Origin: Thermodesulfobacteriota bacterium
GTDB lineage: Bacteria > Desulfobacterota > Binatia > HRBIN30 > CADEER01
Direction of reading: 5' to 3'
Assembly: GCA_041743795.1 (NCBI GenBank)
Contig: JBGTMF010000265.1
Coordinates: 1 to 51,442, forward strand
DNA length: 51,442 nucleotides
Each line of letters starts with the position of its first letter. The first letter of the stretch is position 1. Shown here in pieces: positions 26,358 through 35,600 of this stretch. Made by a program: the position numbers and the translations under genes. Below the pieces are notes generated by a model. It ran no database searches. It was not told the DNA's origin and saw only the letters and a program-made list of their open reading frames with translations.

Positions 26358-27410
26358 ATGGACATCATCAAGGGTCGCGGAACCGCGTTGAATCCAGCCA
26401 ATCGCTTCGATCGCCTGCACATCGAGCGCAGCGAAGACCCACAAGCCGACGAGCCCGCTCCCGTTACAGAGCTGTATCGCGATACGACGCGCAACATACT
26501 TGCGGAGAACGAAAGCCCGGACATTCCGTTTCGCTACAGTCTCAACCCCTATCGCGGCTGCGAGCACGGCTGCGTCTACTGTTATGCGCGGCCGAGTCAC
26601 GAGTATCTCGGCTTCAGCGCCGGCCTCGAGTTCGAAACGCGGATCATGGTGAAGGAGGACGCCGCGGCGCTGCTCCGCGCCAGGTTTCAGTCGCCGCGCT
26701 GGCAACCGGACGTGGTCGTGCTCTCCGGCAACACGGACTGTTACCAGCCGAGCGAGCGAGACCTGCGCATCACGCGCGCCTGCCTCGAGGTGTTTCGCGA
26801 GTTTCTCAATCCAGTGGGCATCATCACCAAATCCGCCCTCGTCTGTCGCGACGTGGACCTACTCGCCCCGCTGGCCGCCGTCGGCGCCGCCCAGGTACAT
26901 ATTTCGATCACCACCCTCGACGCCGAGTTGGCGCGCTCGATGGAACCTCGAGCATCGACGCCAGCACGACGGCTGGCCGCGATCGCCGAGTTGCACGCCG
27001 CAGGCATACCCGTCGGCGTCATGACGGCACCGATCATCCCAGGATTAAACGACCACGAGATCCCGAAGATCCTCGAGCACGCCGCCGCCGCCGGCGCGAC
27101 CGCCGCCGGTTGGACGCTGCTCCGCCTTGCCAAACCTCTCGATCGGCTCTTCGACGACTGGCTGTCCCAACACCATCCGGCCCGACGCAATCGGGTACTG
27201 CATCGATTGCGCGAGTGTCGCTCCGGCGAGATCAACGATCCGCGATTCCGGCACCGTATGCGCGGCAGCGGCCACTACGCCGAGCAGATCGCCGCCCTGT
27301 TCCGAGCCGCGACGCGAAAACACGGTCTGGATCAGCAACTGCCGGCGGCCAACACCGGGGCGTTCCGGCGCCCTCTCCAGCCCGGAGACCAGCTGACTCT
27401 CTTCCGATAG
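26358..27410 (+). CDS. PA0069/Rv2578c-type radical SAM protein
   Basis: N-terminus IKGRGTALNPANRFD and cluster motif NPYRGCEHGCVYCYARP are characteristic of this family. Start at MDIIKG. Confidence 0.85.
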   Translation: MDIIKGRGTALNPANRFDRLHIERSEDPQADEPAPVTELYRDTTRNILAENESPDIPFRYSLNPYRGCEHGCVYCYARPSHEYLGFSAGLEFETRIMVKEDAAALLRARFQSPRWQPDVVVLSGNTDCYQPSERDLRITRACLEVFREFLNPVGIITKSALVCRDVDLLAPLAAVGAAQVHISITTLDAELARSMEPRASTPARRLAAIAELHAAGIPVGVMTAPIIPGLNDHEIPKILEHAAAAGATAAGWTLLRLAKPLDRLFDDWLSQHHPARRNRVLHRLRECRSGEINDPRFRHRMRGSGHYAEQIAALFRAATRKHGLDQQLPAANTGAFRRPLQPGDQLTLFR

Positions 27411-27462
27411 TCCCTAGAGAGTCTTCCCCCTCTGCTCCTCTGCCGCTCCGCGTAAGATCGTC

Positions 27463-27497
27463 TTTTGCCAGACCGAGGTTTTAATTCGGTGGCAAAA
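27463..27497 (+). terminator. Stem-loop downstream of the radical SAM gene
   Basis: TTTTGCCAGACCGA (27463-27476) pairs with TCGGTGGCAAAA (27486-27497) with a 2-nt bulge. It sits in an AT-richer leader. There is no U-tract, so its role (terminator versus leader structure) is unclear. Confidence 0.35.
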
Positions 27498-27675
27498 CAA
27501 ATGACAGCTTGATAGCGGTCGAATATTCCGCGCCTAGAGGTCATTTGATGCAGCATTTCGCGGGATTCGCGACGGCTCACGCCGCCTGCGAACCGCAAGA
27601 TCGTCAGCGCGGGGTAGCGAAGTCCCGACGGATGCCGAAGGCGACGTCGAGCAACCGATGATTGCGAGAGGTTTG

Positions 27676-29835
27676 ATGAAGATCGCCAAGTTGAGTCTCA
27701 CGTTCGTCTTTCTCTTCATCGCTGCCTGCGGCGGCGGCAGTGGTGGCGGCAGCGACGGCCCGGCCGGCACGGCGACAATCACCCCTACACCCGATCCAAA
27801 CGCCTCGCCGACGCCGACGATCGCCATTGTCGGCAGCGCCCTCTTCGTCCGCGACTCGGTCGGCAACGACGCCAACGACGGCCGCTCTCCGGCACAGGCA
27901 TTCAGCACGATCCAAGCAGCACTGGCGGCGCTCCCTGGGCTGACGGGCGGACGCAACCTGGTCGTCGGACCCGGCACTTACAACGGTCGCCTCGATGCCA
28001 TCCCCAACGGTACAGAGCAACGGCCGGTCGTGTTGCTGGCCGACCCGACTGGCGCCTCGACCCAGGATTCACCGGGCCCGGTGATTCTGACCAGTACGGG
28101 TACCGGTTCGACAATCCTCGTCAACAACCAGCAGTACGTGACGATCGACGGCTTTCAAATACGCGGCGCGGACGGCGGCAATCGAGCCGGTATCGAGATC
28201 CGCACATCCTCGCAGGTCACGGTGCGGAATTGCGAGATTTCGGGCACCGTCAACCAAGCGGACGGCATCGCCGTCCTCGGCTCCAATGAAGTTCTTCTGA
28301 TCAACAACCTGATCTACGAGAACTCCCGCCGCGGCGTCCGCATCGCCGGCGGCGGTTCCGGCTCGCGCGGCGTGCGGCTGATCAACAACACCATTGCCAA
28401 CAACGGTGGACAGGGCGTCGTCGTCGGCACGACTGATGCCGGTTCGGAAGCCGATCTGTTGTTCAACATAATTCAAGACAACACCGGCGCCGGCATCATC
28501 GTCACCAGCCCATCCCTGGGCCTTTTCAGCGGCGACAGCAATCTCGTCTTTCCGGATCGTTACGATCCGGACGATCTACCGCGCGAGTTCGATATCAACG
28601 AAGACGCGCTGTTCATCGACCCGTTTCGCGGCCTCTATCTTCTGTCCGACGAGTCGGCCGGCGAAGATGCGACCAGCCCAGCCGTCGATGCGGGGTTCGA
28701 GGAGATCTTTCCGGCCGACCTGCTCGCGGAGTTGGCGGCACTGAAATCGCGCACGACTTCGACGAGCGGCCAACCGGACGAGGGAGAGCTCGACCTCGGG
28801 TACCACGCGCCACGGGGCGACGGCGGGCCTGTCGTCATCAGACGAACCTTTTATGTCCGCGAGAACGGCGACGACTCCCGCACTACCGGCCGATCGCCCG
28901 CGGATGCGTTTCGCAGTATTCGACGCGCTCTCGATCTCGCCGACGGCGGCGATACCATTATCGTTGGCCCGGGCGGCTACTCGAGTCGGCTACCCGTCAC
29001 CGTCACCGCCACGGCGGAGGCTCCTCTGACCATCCGCGGCGACCCAACCGGACTGATGACCGAAGACGGCCCGGGGCCGGTTGTCGTCGCCGCGGCGCGA
29101 ACGGACTTCGGCTTCCGCGTGACCGGTGCCGCGCACGTCATCATCGACGGTTTCACCATCATCGAAGCTATCGATGCGGCCATCGAGATCCGCGGCGGTT
29201 CCGAAAACATCACCGTCCGCAACTGCTTCATCGACGGCTTCGGCGAGTTGCTCGACGCCCGCGGTGACGGCATCCGTGTCGACGATTCGGCGAACGTATC
29301 GCTGATCAACAACCTGGCGGCGTTCAACGATTCGAGCGGAATTCTCGTGCGGCGCTCGACCAACACCCGCATCATCAACAATACGCTGGCGGAGAATGGC
29401 GTGCGCGGGATCCGCATTGGCTCGGGAGCAAGTGCCGCGCCGAACACATTGCTGCAGAACAACATCGTCTACTTCAGCGGCGCGATCTCGGTCGAGTTCA
29501 ACGCGGCGTCGGCCCCCACCGCCGCGCTGTCGCACAACCTGGTTTTCCCGGCCACCTACCGCCCGCTGTCTACCATCGAGCTGCCCCGACCGACCGACAG
29601 CGATGCCGATCCGGAGTTCGTGGCGTTTGGCAACTTCCGACTGTCGGCGAGCAGCCCGGCCCGCGACGCGGCCGATCCGGCTACCGGCGCTGTGATCGTG
29701 CAAGAGCTGGCGACCCGCACCACCTCTGAGAACGACGCGCCGGACGGCGGCGCCTTGGACCTCGGTTTCCACTTCGCAATTCTGCCCGAGGCCCCAACGC
29801 CGACCCCTTCGCCAACGATGCGCCCGGGACGGTGA
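27676..29835 (+). CDS. Lipoprotein made of two tandem right-handed parallel beta-helix modules
   Basis: RBS GAGAGG lies 4 nt before ATG 27676. Lipobox FLFIAAC followed by a Gly/Ser and PT linker. Two homologous modules begin ALFVRDSVGNDANDGRSPAQAFSTIQAAL and TFYVRENGDDSRTTGRSPADAFRSIRRAL, each with NN(L/T)I..N beta-helix rungs. Confidence 0.8.
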   Translation: MKIAKLSLTFVFLFIAACGGGSGGGSDGPAGTATITPTPDPNASPTPTIAIVGSALFVRDSVGNDANDGRSPAQAFSTIQAALAALPGLTGGRNLVVGPGTYNGRLDAIPNGTEQRPVVLLADPTGASTQDSPGPVILTSTGTGSTILVNNQQYVTIDGFQIRGADGGNRAGIEIRTSSQVTVRNCEISGTVNQADGIAVLGSNEVLLINNLIYENSRRGVRIAGGGSGSRGVRLINNTIANNGGQGVVVGTTDAGSEADLLFNIIQDNTGAGIIVTSPSLGLFSGDSNLVFPDRYDPDDLPREFDINEDALFIDPFRGLYLLSDESAGEDATSPAVDAGFEEIFPADLLAELAALKSRTTSTSGQPDEGELDLGYHAPRGDGGPVVIRRTFYVRENGDDSRTTGRSPADAFRSIRRALDLADGGDTIIVGPGGYSSRLPVTVTATAEAPLTIRGDPTGLMTEDGPGPVVVAAARTDFGFRVTGAAHVIIDGFTIIEAIDAAIEIRGGSENITVRNCFIDGFGELLDARGDGIRVDDSANVSLINNLAAFNDSSGILVRRSTNTRIINNTLAENGVRGIRIGSGASAAPNTLLQNNIVYFSGAISVEFNAASAPTAALSHNLVFPATYRPLSTIELPRPTDSDADPEFVAFGNFRLSASSPARDAADPATGAVIVQELATRTTSENDAPDGGALDLGFHFAILPEAPTPTPSPTMRPGR

Positions 29836-29867
29836 TGCGCGGCAAACCATAACGCCGGCGCTTTCTC

Positions 29868-31433
29868 TCAGGGCAGGTACCCGAGCGCCAGCTCGTTGAA
29901 ATCCTCGATCTGCTTCCACTGCCAGGTCTCGTCGCGGCCGAGTTCGGCGGCTAGTATCTCCGCCACCCTGGGCGCCACCGTCATCGCCGCGCGCGCATCG
30001 AGAAGCAGAGATCGAGTTCGCCGCGAGAGAACGTCCTCGACCGAGCGCGCCATCTCGTGGCGCGCCGCCCACGCAACCTGCCCGACTCGGTAGGGTAGCC
30101 GCTCGTGCAGCCGTTCGTTGCGACCTTCCTCCTCGTCGAGAAACACCTGGACGGCGTCGGCATGCGAACCGTACATCTGAAGATGGAGATCGGAGATCAA
30201 GTTCGGATCACCGCGGCTGACCCATCCGTACAGGTGGAGTTTCTCCGTGACGCACGGCTTCTCCGGCAGTCCGCCGACAGCGATCGCGTCGTTGACGGTA
30301 TCTTCCGCCATCTTTCTATAGGTCGTCCACTTGCCGCCGATGATCGTCACCAGCCCGGATTGCGAAATGAGCACGGAGTGCTCGCGCGAGATCGATTTAC
30401 TGTCGGTGCTCGAATCCTGGGGCTGGACGAGCGGACGTAAGCCGGCGAACGCCGAAAGAACGTCCTCCTTGGACGGATCGTGGTGCAGGTAGCGGGCGGC
30501 GTTGCGCAGGATGAACTCGACCTCGCGTGCCATCGGACGCGGCTCCAAAGTCGCCTCGTCGATGACCGTGTCGGTCGTGCCGACCAGGACGCGATCGTAC
30601 CAGGGAATGACGAAGAGGACGCGGCCGTCGTCGGTTTGCGGCACCATGATCGCGGTATCGCTCGGTTGGAAGGAGCGGTCGAGCACGATGTGAACCCCCT
30701 GGCTCGGCTTGACCATCGGCGCTGCTCGCGGTTCGTCGAGGCGGCGCACCTCGTCGGTGAATACTCCGGTGGCATTGATGACGACGCGGGCCGCGATGGC
30801 ATGCTTCGTCCCCGTTTCGAGATCGACGGCGTGGACGCCGCTGACGGTTCCGTCGTCTTTGAGCAGCTCCTGCACGCGCATGTAGTTGAGCACTGTGCCG
30901 CCGTGATCCACCGCCGTCTGCGCCAGCGTCAACGCCAGGCGCGCATCGTCGAACTGAGCGTCGTGGTACATGGTGCCGCCGAGCAGATTTTTCGTTTCCA
31001 CGTTGGGAATACGGCGGATGGTTTCCTCGCGGTTCAAACGGCGCGAACGGGCGATCTTCAACTTGCCGGCGAGCACGTCGTACAGCCGCAAGCCAATGCC
31101 GTAGAACGGCCCCTCCCACCAGCGATACCGCGGCACGACGAAGGCGAGATCGCGCACCAGGTGCGGCGCATTGCGGCAGAGCAGGCCGCGCTCGCGCAGC
31201 GCTTCGAGAACCAGGGCGATGTTGCCCTGCTGCAGATAGCGAACACCGCCGTGCACGAGCTTGGTACTGCGGCTGGACGTCGCCTGGGCGAAGTCGCTCT
31301 GTTCGAGCAGCAGCGTTCGGTAGCCGCGGGTCTGCGCGTCGACGGCGATGCCGAGGCCGCTAGCACCGCCTCCGATGACGACGACGTCCCATGTACCGCC
31401 TTCGAGGCGGCGCATCATTGCCTGCCGATCCAT
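29868..31433 (-). CDS. glpD: FAD-dependent glycerol-3-phosphate dehydrogenase
   Basis: DVVVIGGGASGLGIAVDAQTRGYRTLLLEQSDFAQATSSRSTKLVHGGVRYL and a GlpD-type C-terminal domain. Start is uncertain (ATG 31433 preferred; the ORF runs to 31628). Confidence 0.88.
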   Translation of the reverse strand: MDRQAMMRRLEGGTWDVVVIGGGASGLGIAVDAQTRGYRTLLLEQSDFAQATSSRSTKLVHGGVRYLQQGNIALVLEALRERGLLCRNAPHLVRDLAFVVPRYRWWEGPFYGIGLRLYDVLAGKLKIARSRRLNREETIRRIPNVETKNLLGGTMYHDAQFDDARLALTLAQTAVDHGGTVLNYMRVQELLKDDGTVSGVHAVDLETGTKHAIAARVVINATGVFTDEVRRLDEPRAAPMVKPSQGVHIVLDRSFQPSDTAIMVPQTDDGRVLFVIPWYDRVLVGTTDTVIDEATLEPRPMAREVEFILRNAARYLHHDPSKEDVLSAFAGLRPLVQPQDSSTDSKSISREHSVLISQSGLVTIIGGKWTTYRKMAEDTVNDAIAVGGLPEKPCVTEKLHLYGWVSRGDPNLISDLHLQMYGSHADAVQVFLDEEEGRNERLHERLPYRVGQVAWAARHEMARSVEDVLSRRTRSLLLDARAAMTVAPRVAEILAAELGRDETWQWKQIEDFNELALGYLP

Positions 31434-31661
31434 TTTCGACGCGATACCACGTCCGTGCCATCGGGCAAGGGGGCGCAGCCAGAATGCCATGTCGGCCACC
31501 GCGGCTTCTCCAGCCGTGGCGAGGCCGCGGCGGAGTTTGGTGGGAATCACAGCCTGGTGTATGGATCTTCCGAGGCGAACCGTCCGCTCCCCCGAACGCC
31601 CACGACGGGCGTCGGCATATGGCAGCAAAGCGTCGCACGGGTCGCATCCCTGGAGTTGGAA

Positions 31662-33815
31662 ATGGTCGCAAGAGTTTGCCAGTTCGCAGTCGTACTATTC
31701 CTGTGCGGGACAACCGCGGCGGCGGCGCAAGCCGTCTGGGTCAATCACGGGCCGGAGGGCGGTGCGGTGACCGCGCTCGCGTTCTCCCCAACCGACTCGG
31801 ACCTCGTCGCCGCCGGCACCGAAGGCGGTGGCGTATACCTCAGCACCGACAATGGCGCTTCGTGGCAATCGCGTAGTAGCGGCCTCGCCAGCCTGAGCGT
31901 GCGCACCATCCGCTTTGACCCACAGGAGCCGGCCCACTTACGCGTCGGTCTGGAAGGCGATGGGGTGTACGTCAGCGACGATCTCGGCCTCGGCTGGCAG
32001 CCGTCCAATATCGGCCTCCCCGAGGTAGCCACCGTCCTCGCATTGCGCGAAGATCCTGTAGACAGCGACATCCTCTACGCCGCTGTCGCCAGTGAGGGCG
32101 TTTTCCGCAGTACCAACGGCGGCACCTCGTGGAGCCCGATCAACGACGGCCTCGCCAGTCGCGACGTCAGTATCCTCGCCATCAGTCCGAGCGAAGCGGC
32201 AAACCTGTACGTCGGTACGCCGGTGGGCGTTTTCCAGTTCGACGAGGTGGCCAACGCGTGGGACGAAACCGGGGAGTTCCCCGGCAGCACGGACGTTCTC
32301 GCTCTCGCCGTCGACGTCGCCGATACCCAGCGCCTCTACGCCGGCACCCTAGATGGCCTGGCGATCTCGACGGATGGCGGCGCGAGTTGGAATGAAGCGG
32401 GCGTGGCCGATCTGCCCGGTCGCGTCGATGCGATCGCCACCGACCCGGACAATGCCGATGTGCTCTATGTCTGCGCCGGCTTTGGCGCGGCGGCGACGAT
32501 CTATAAATCCGTCGACGCCGGCCTGCTATGGAGTGCCGCGCAGAACGGGCTCGGTGGTAACGGGGTTTTGGCGCTTGCCGTCGATCCCGACAGGACGGCG
32601 ACGTTGTTGGCGGGAGTTCGCGGCGAAGGGGTTTTCCGCACCGACAACGCGGCGCTCAATTGGGAGGCTTCGCGAACCGGTCTGGCAAATTCGGTGGCCC
32701 TGGCGGTTTCCGTCGATCCTTCTGATTCAAACGTCGCCTTCGCCGGCATGGCGTTCGTTTCCGGTTCGAGCCGCGCGCGCGTGTTCGTCAGTGAAGACGC
32801 GGGACTCACCTGGGTAGCGCGTGACAACGGAATTCCCGAGGTATCCATCTCGACGATCTCAATCGATCCAGACGACTCTTCCGTCGTCTACGCCGCCGGC
32901 GAAACGGCAGTGTTTCGCACGGCGAATGGCGGCAATTCGTGGCAGGTGGCCAGCAATGGACTGATCGCCGATTTCGTCACCGCCGTCATTGCCGATGCCG
33001 GCTCGCCGACGGTCTATGCGGCGACCAGTGCCGGCGTCTTCCGCAGCGACGACGCCGGAACGTTTTGGGAGAAGAAGAGCGTCGGCCTGCCGAACGGGCG
33101 AATCGATGGCTTGGCGCAGGACCCTAAGGACACCGCAACGCTCTATGCGGTCGGCCACAGCCAAGTGTTTGAAACGAACGACGGCGGTGAGGGGTGGCGG
33201 CGGCGAGGCGAGGTCTTCACCGGCATCACGTTGAACGCCGTCGCCGTCGATCCGGCCACCGCCGGCGTCGTCTACGCAGGCGGCACCGGCTTCTTCAAGT
33301 CGACCACCGGTGGTCTCACCTGGAGCGCCGCCGACCAGGGATTGCCCGATTCCAGTATCGCGGCAATCGTCATCGACCCGGCGCGCCCCAACGTCGTCTA
33401 CGCGGCGACGCGCGAGGACGGCGTCTACATCAGTGACGACGCCGCGGCGAATTGGCGCGCCTTCAACGATGGTCTGTTCGTCCACTTCGTCGATGGCCTG
33501 GCCATCACCTCGGCAGACCCACCTGTCCTCCTCGCAGCCACGCAAGGAGGCGGCGTCTTCCGCATCCAGCAGCCCGCCGCGACACCGACACCTACACCCA
33601 CCGAGAGGCCGACGCCGCCGACTCCCGGCGGCTGCGTCGGTGATTGCGACGGCAGCGGCGGAGTCAGCATCAGCGAGCTCATCCGCGGCGTCAACATCGC
33701 CCTCGGCACCAGCGGTATCGAGACCTGCCCCGCTTTCGACAACAACGGTGACGGCGGCGTCTCCATCAGCGAGCTGGTGCGCGCGGTCAACAACGCGCTA
33801 AACGGTTGTGATTGA
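31662..33815 (+). CDS. Exported BNR/Asp-box multi-blade beta-propeller protein with PT linker and C-terminal dockerin-like double EF-hand
   Basis: Signal peptide MVARVCQFAVVLFLCGTTAAAAQA. About 13 repeats of the type GVFRSTNGGTSWSPINDGL. C-terminus TPTPTPTERPTPPTPGGCVGDCDGSGGVSISELIRGVNIALG...DNNGDGGVSISELVRAVNNAL. Confidence 0.82.
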   Translation: MVARVCQFAVVLFLCGTTAAAAQAVWVNHGPEGGAVTALAFSPTDSDLVAAGTEGGGVYLSTDNGASWQSRSSGLASLSVRTIRFDPQEPAHLRVGLEGDGVYVSDDLGLGWQPSNIGLPEVATVLALREDPVDSDILYAAVASEGVFRSTNGGTSWSPINDGLASRDVSILAISPSEAANLYVGTPVGVFQFDEVANAWDETGEFPGSTDVLALAVDVADTQRLYAGTLDGLAISTDGGASWNEAGVADLPGRVDAIATDPDNADVLYVCAGFGAAATIYKSVDAGLLWSAAQNGLGGNGVLALAVDPDRTATLLAGVRGEGVFRTDNAALNWEASRTGLANSVALAVSVDPSDSNVAFAGMAFVSGSSRARVFVSEDAGLTWVARDNGIPEVSISTISIDPDDSSVVYAAGETAVFRTANGGNSWQVASNGLIADFVTAVIADAGSPTVYAATSAGVFRSDDAGTFWEKKSVGLPNGRIDGLAQDPKDTATLYAVGHSQVFETNDGGEGWRRRGEVFTGITLNAVAVDPATAGVVYAGGTGFFKSTTGGLTWSAADQGLPDSSIAAIVIDPARPNVVYAATREDGVYISDDAAANWRAFNDGLFVHFVDGLAITSADPPVLLAATQGGGVFRIQQPAATPTPTPTERPTPPTPGGCVGDCDGSGGVSISELIRGVNIALGTSGIETCPAFDNNGDGGVSISELVRAVNNALNGCD

Positions 33816-33833
33816 GACTACGAACGTCGGCGA

Positions 33834-34580
33834 TCAGCGGCAGCGGTTATAGGCGCCGGCACGGCGTAGTTTGCGGACCTTCCATACCTCGGCCATGACT
33901 TGGAAGTAGGCGTTCGCCGGAACCTTGCTGTCAGGAGAGTTCACCCAGCGGATCGGCGCCTCCTTCACCCGATAACCGCGGCAGCGCGCCGCGGTTATCA
34001 GTTCGACGTCGAAGCCCCAGCGGTCGATCTGCAGACAGGGCAGCAAGTCCTCGATGCAGGACGCGGTGAACATCTTGAACCCCGCCTGCGTATCCTTGAT
34101 GCCCGGCGCCGCCAGCAGTTGGATCAACAGGTTGCCGATCTTTCCGCCCAACTCCTTGTGCCAGCTCTGGTGCACGAGAACCTGCGCCTCGGCGACGTCG
34201 CGCGAGCCGATGACGACGTCATAGCCCTCTTCGAAATACGGCCAAAAGGTCTCGATCTGTTCGATCGTCGTCGAGTTGTCGGCATCCATGAAAACCCGGT
34301 AGCGACCGGTCGAGGCGGCAAATCCCCGGCGCACGGTCGCTCCCTTGCCGTGATTGAAGCCGTCGGGATGGGCGACCAGGCGCAAAGCGGTTTTTCCCGG
34401 TACCCAACCGCGCACCAGGTCGGCGGTGCCGTCGCTCGAGCCATCGTCGACGACGACGACTTCCGCTTGGTAATCACGGCTGTTCAGGTAGGCCATGACG
34501 CTCGTCAGCGTTCCGGGAAGACGCTTCTCCTCATTGAGCGCAGGAATGACGACAGAGAGATGCATACTGGATGGGTTCAT
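33834..34580 (-). CDS. Family 2 glycosyltransferase (polyprenyl-phosphate hexosyltransferase-like)
   Basis: LSVVIPALNEE, VVVVDDGSSDGT and FMDADNST (DxD) motifs. An alternative start lies at 34562. Confidence 0.85.
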   Translation of the reverse strand: MNPSSMHLSVVIPALNEEKRLPGTLTSVMAYLNSRDYQAEVVVVDDGSSDGTADLVRGWVPGKTALRLVAHPDGFNHGKGATVRRGFAASTGRYRVFMDADNSTTIEQIETFWPYFEEGYDVVIGSRDVAEAQVLVHQSWHKELGGKIGNLLIQLLAAPGIKDTQAGFKMFTASCIEDLLPCLQIDRWGFDVELITAARCRGYRVKEAPIRWVNSPDSKVPANAYFQVMAEVWKVRKLRRAGAYNRCR

Positions 34581-34598
34581 ACTTCGCCGTCGCGCGGC

Positions 34599-35495
34599 TC
34601 AGACGGACGGTCGCGTCCGTTCCACGCTTTCCGTACGTAAGAACATCATCTGCGTACCGAAGGCGATCAGCTTTCCTTCGAGGTCCCAGATCTCGACCAT
34701 GGCGCTGGCATAGCCGAAACCCGCCCAGTGCGCGCGCACATCGGCGAGCAGCCATTCGGCCCACGTGTCTTCGAGAAAGTGCACCGTCAGGTCCAGGCTC
34801 GGCGCGTAGAACGGCGGGTGCTCGGGACCCAACTTCTGAATCAGGGCCGGTGGCATGGTGTCGGCAATCGGCGGGATCGCACAGGGGTCGAGACGTCCGT
34901 CCGCCAACTTCTGCGGCACCAGGTAACGGTACCATCGCGCGATCCGCGCCCGTCCCGGCTTCCATCCGCTTTCCCACCACGGTTCTCCGATAGCCAGGCG
35001 GGAATCGAGATTATTGAAGAACGGCGGCCGCTCACGACCGGCGATGTCCGCCAGGGCTTCCAGAGGAGGTAGCGCGTCCGGCTTGGCGACATCCGGCAGC
35101 TTGCCGTCGAGCATCTCGATCTTGACCGGACGCCGCCGCGCGAACGTCGCACTCACTTCGAGCCCCGGACCCGGCATGGTCGTCGAGCACAATTGCGCTC
35201 GGACCTGAGCGGCGGCGCGGCCATGGCGTAACACTTCGACTCGGATCTCCAGCGGCCCTGCCGGTACCGGTGAACAGAAATGCGTGTTGGCCGATAGCGG
35301 GCGAAGGTCGTCCTCGCCGAGTTCTTCGTACATCGCCCGCATGGCGATCGTCATCAGCACGCCGCCCGATGGCGTCTGGAAGTTCCACTGCGGACCCAAC
35401 TCGGCGGTGTACCAGCCGGGTGCCGCCTTCAGGCGTGTCACGGCCGTGTCTCGCGCCAGGTTGCTCGCCTTTACTTTCTCCGCACCGACAACCAT
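34599..35495 (-). CDS. Double-hotdog acyl-CoA thioesterase family protein
   Basis: About 298 aa. N-terminal half has GPQWNFQTPSGGVLMTIAMRA, typical of TesB-like/4HBT_3 thioesterases. Start taken at MVVGAEK. Confidence 0.68.
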   Translation of the reverse strand: MVVGAEKVKASNLARDTAVTRLKAAPGWYTAELGPQWNFQTPSGGVLMTIAMRAMYEELGEDDLRPLSANTHFCSPVPAGPLEIRVEVLRHGRAAAQVRAQLCSTTMPGPGLEVSATFARRRPVKIEMLDGKLPDVAKPDALPPLEALADIAGRERPPFFNNLDSRLAIGEPWWESGWKPGRARIARWYRYLVPQKLADGRLDPCAIPPIADTMPPALIQKLGPEHPPFYAPSLDLTVHFLEDTWAEWLLADVRAHWAGFGYASAMVEIWDLEGKLIAFGTQMMFLRTESVERTRPSV

Positions 35496-35600
35496 CGCAC
35501 GCTCGATCCTTCTCTCCACCCCGTGTCCGACTTCGCAGCGCCGTAAGATAGGGCCCAATCAGACAACATTCCAGCCCATCCCGCGTGATCGGATGCGAGG

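Noticed and set aside
27489-27506. TGGCAAAACAAATGAC considered as a sigma-54 (-24/-12) promoter upstream of the beta-helix lipoprotein
   Set aside because: The -12 element reads GA instead of GC. The same bases form the 3' arm of the 27463-27497 hairpin, so the evidence is insufficient.
30480-31661. N-terminal 394 codons of the 1111-aa ORF 30480-33815
   Set aside because: This part is antisense to glpD and has shadow-ORF composition. A proper signal peptide with RBS begins at ATG 31662, so only 31662-33815 is called.
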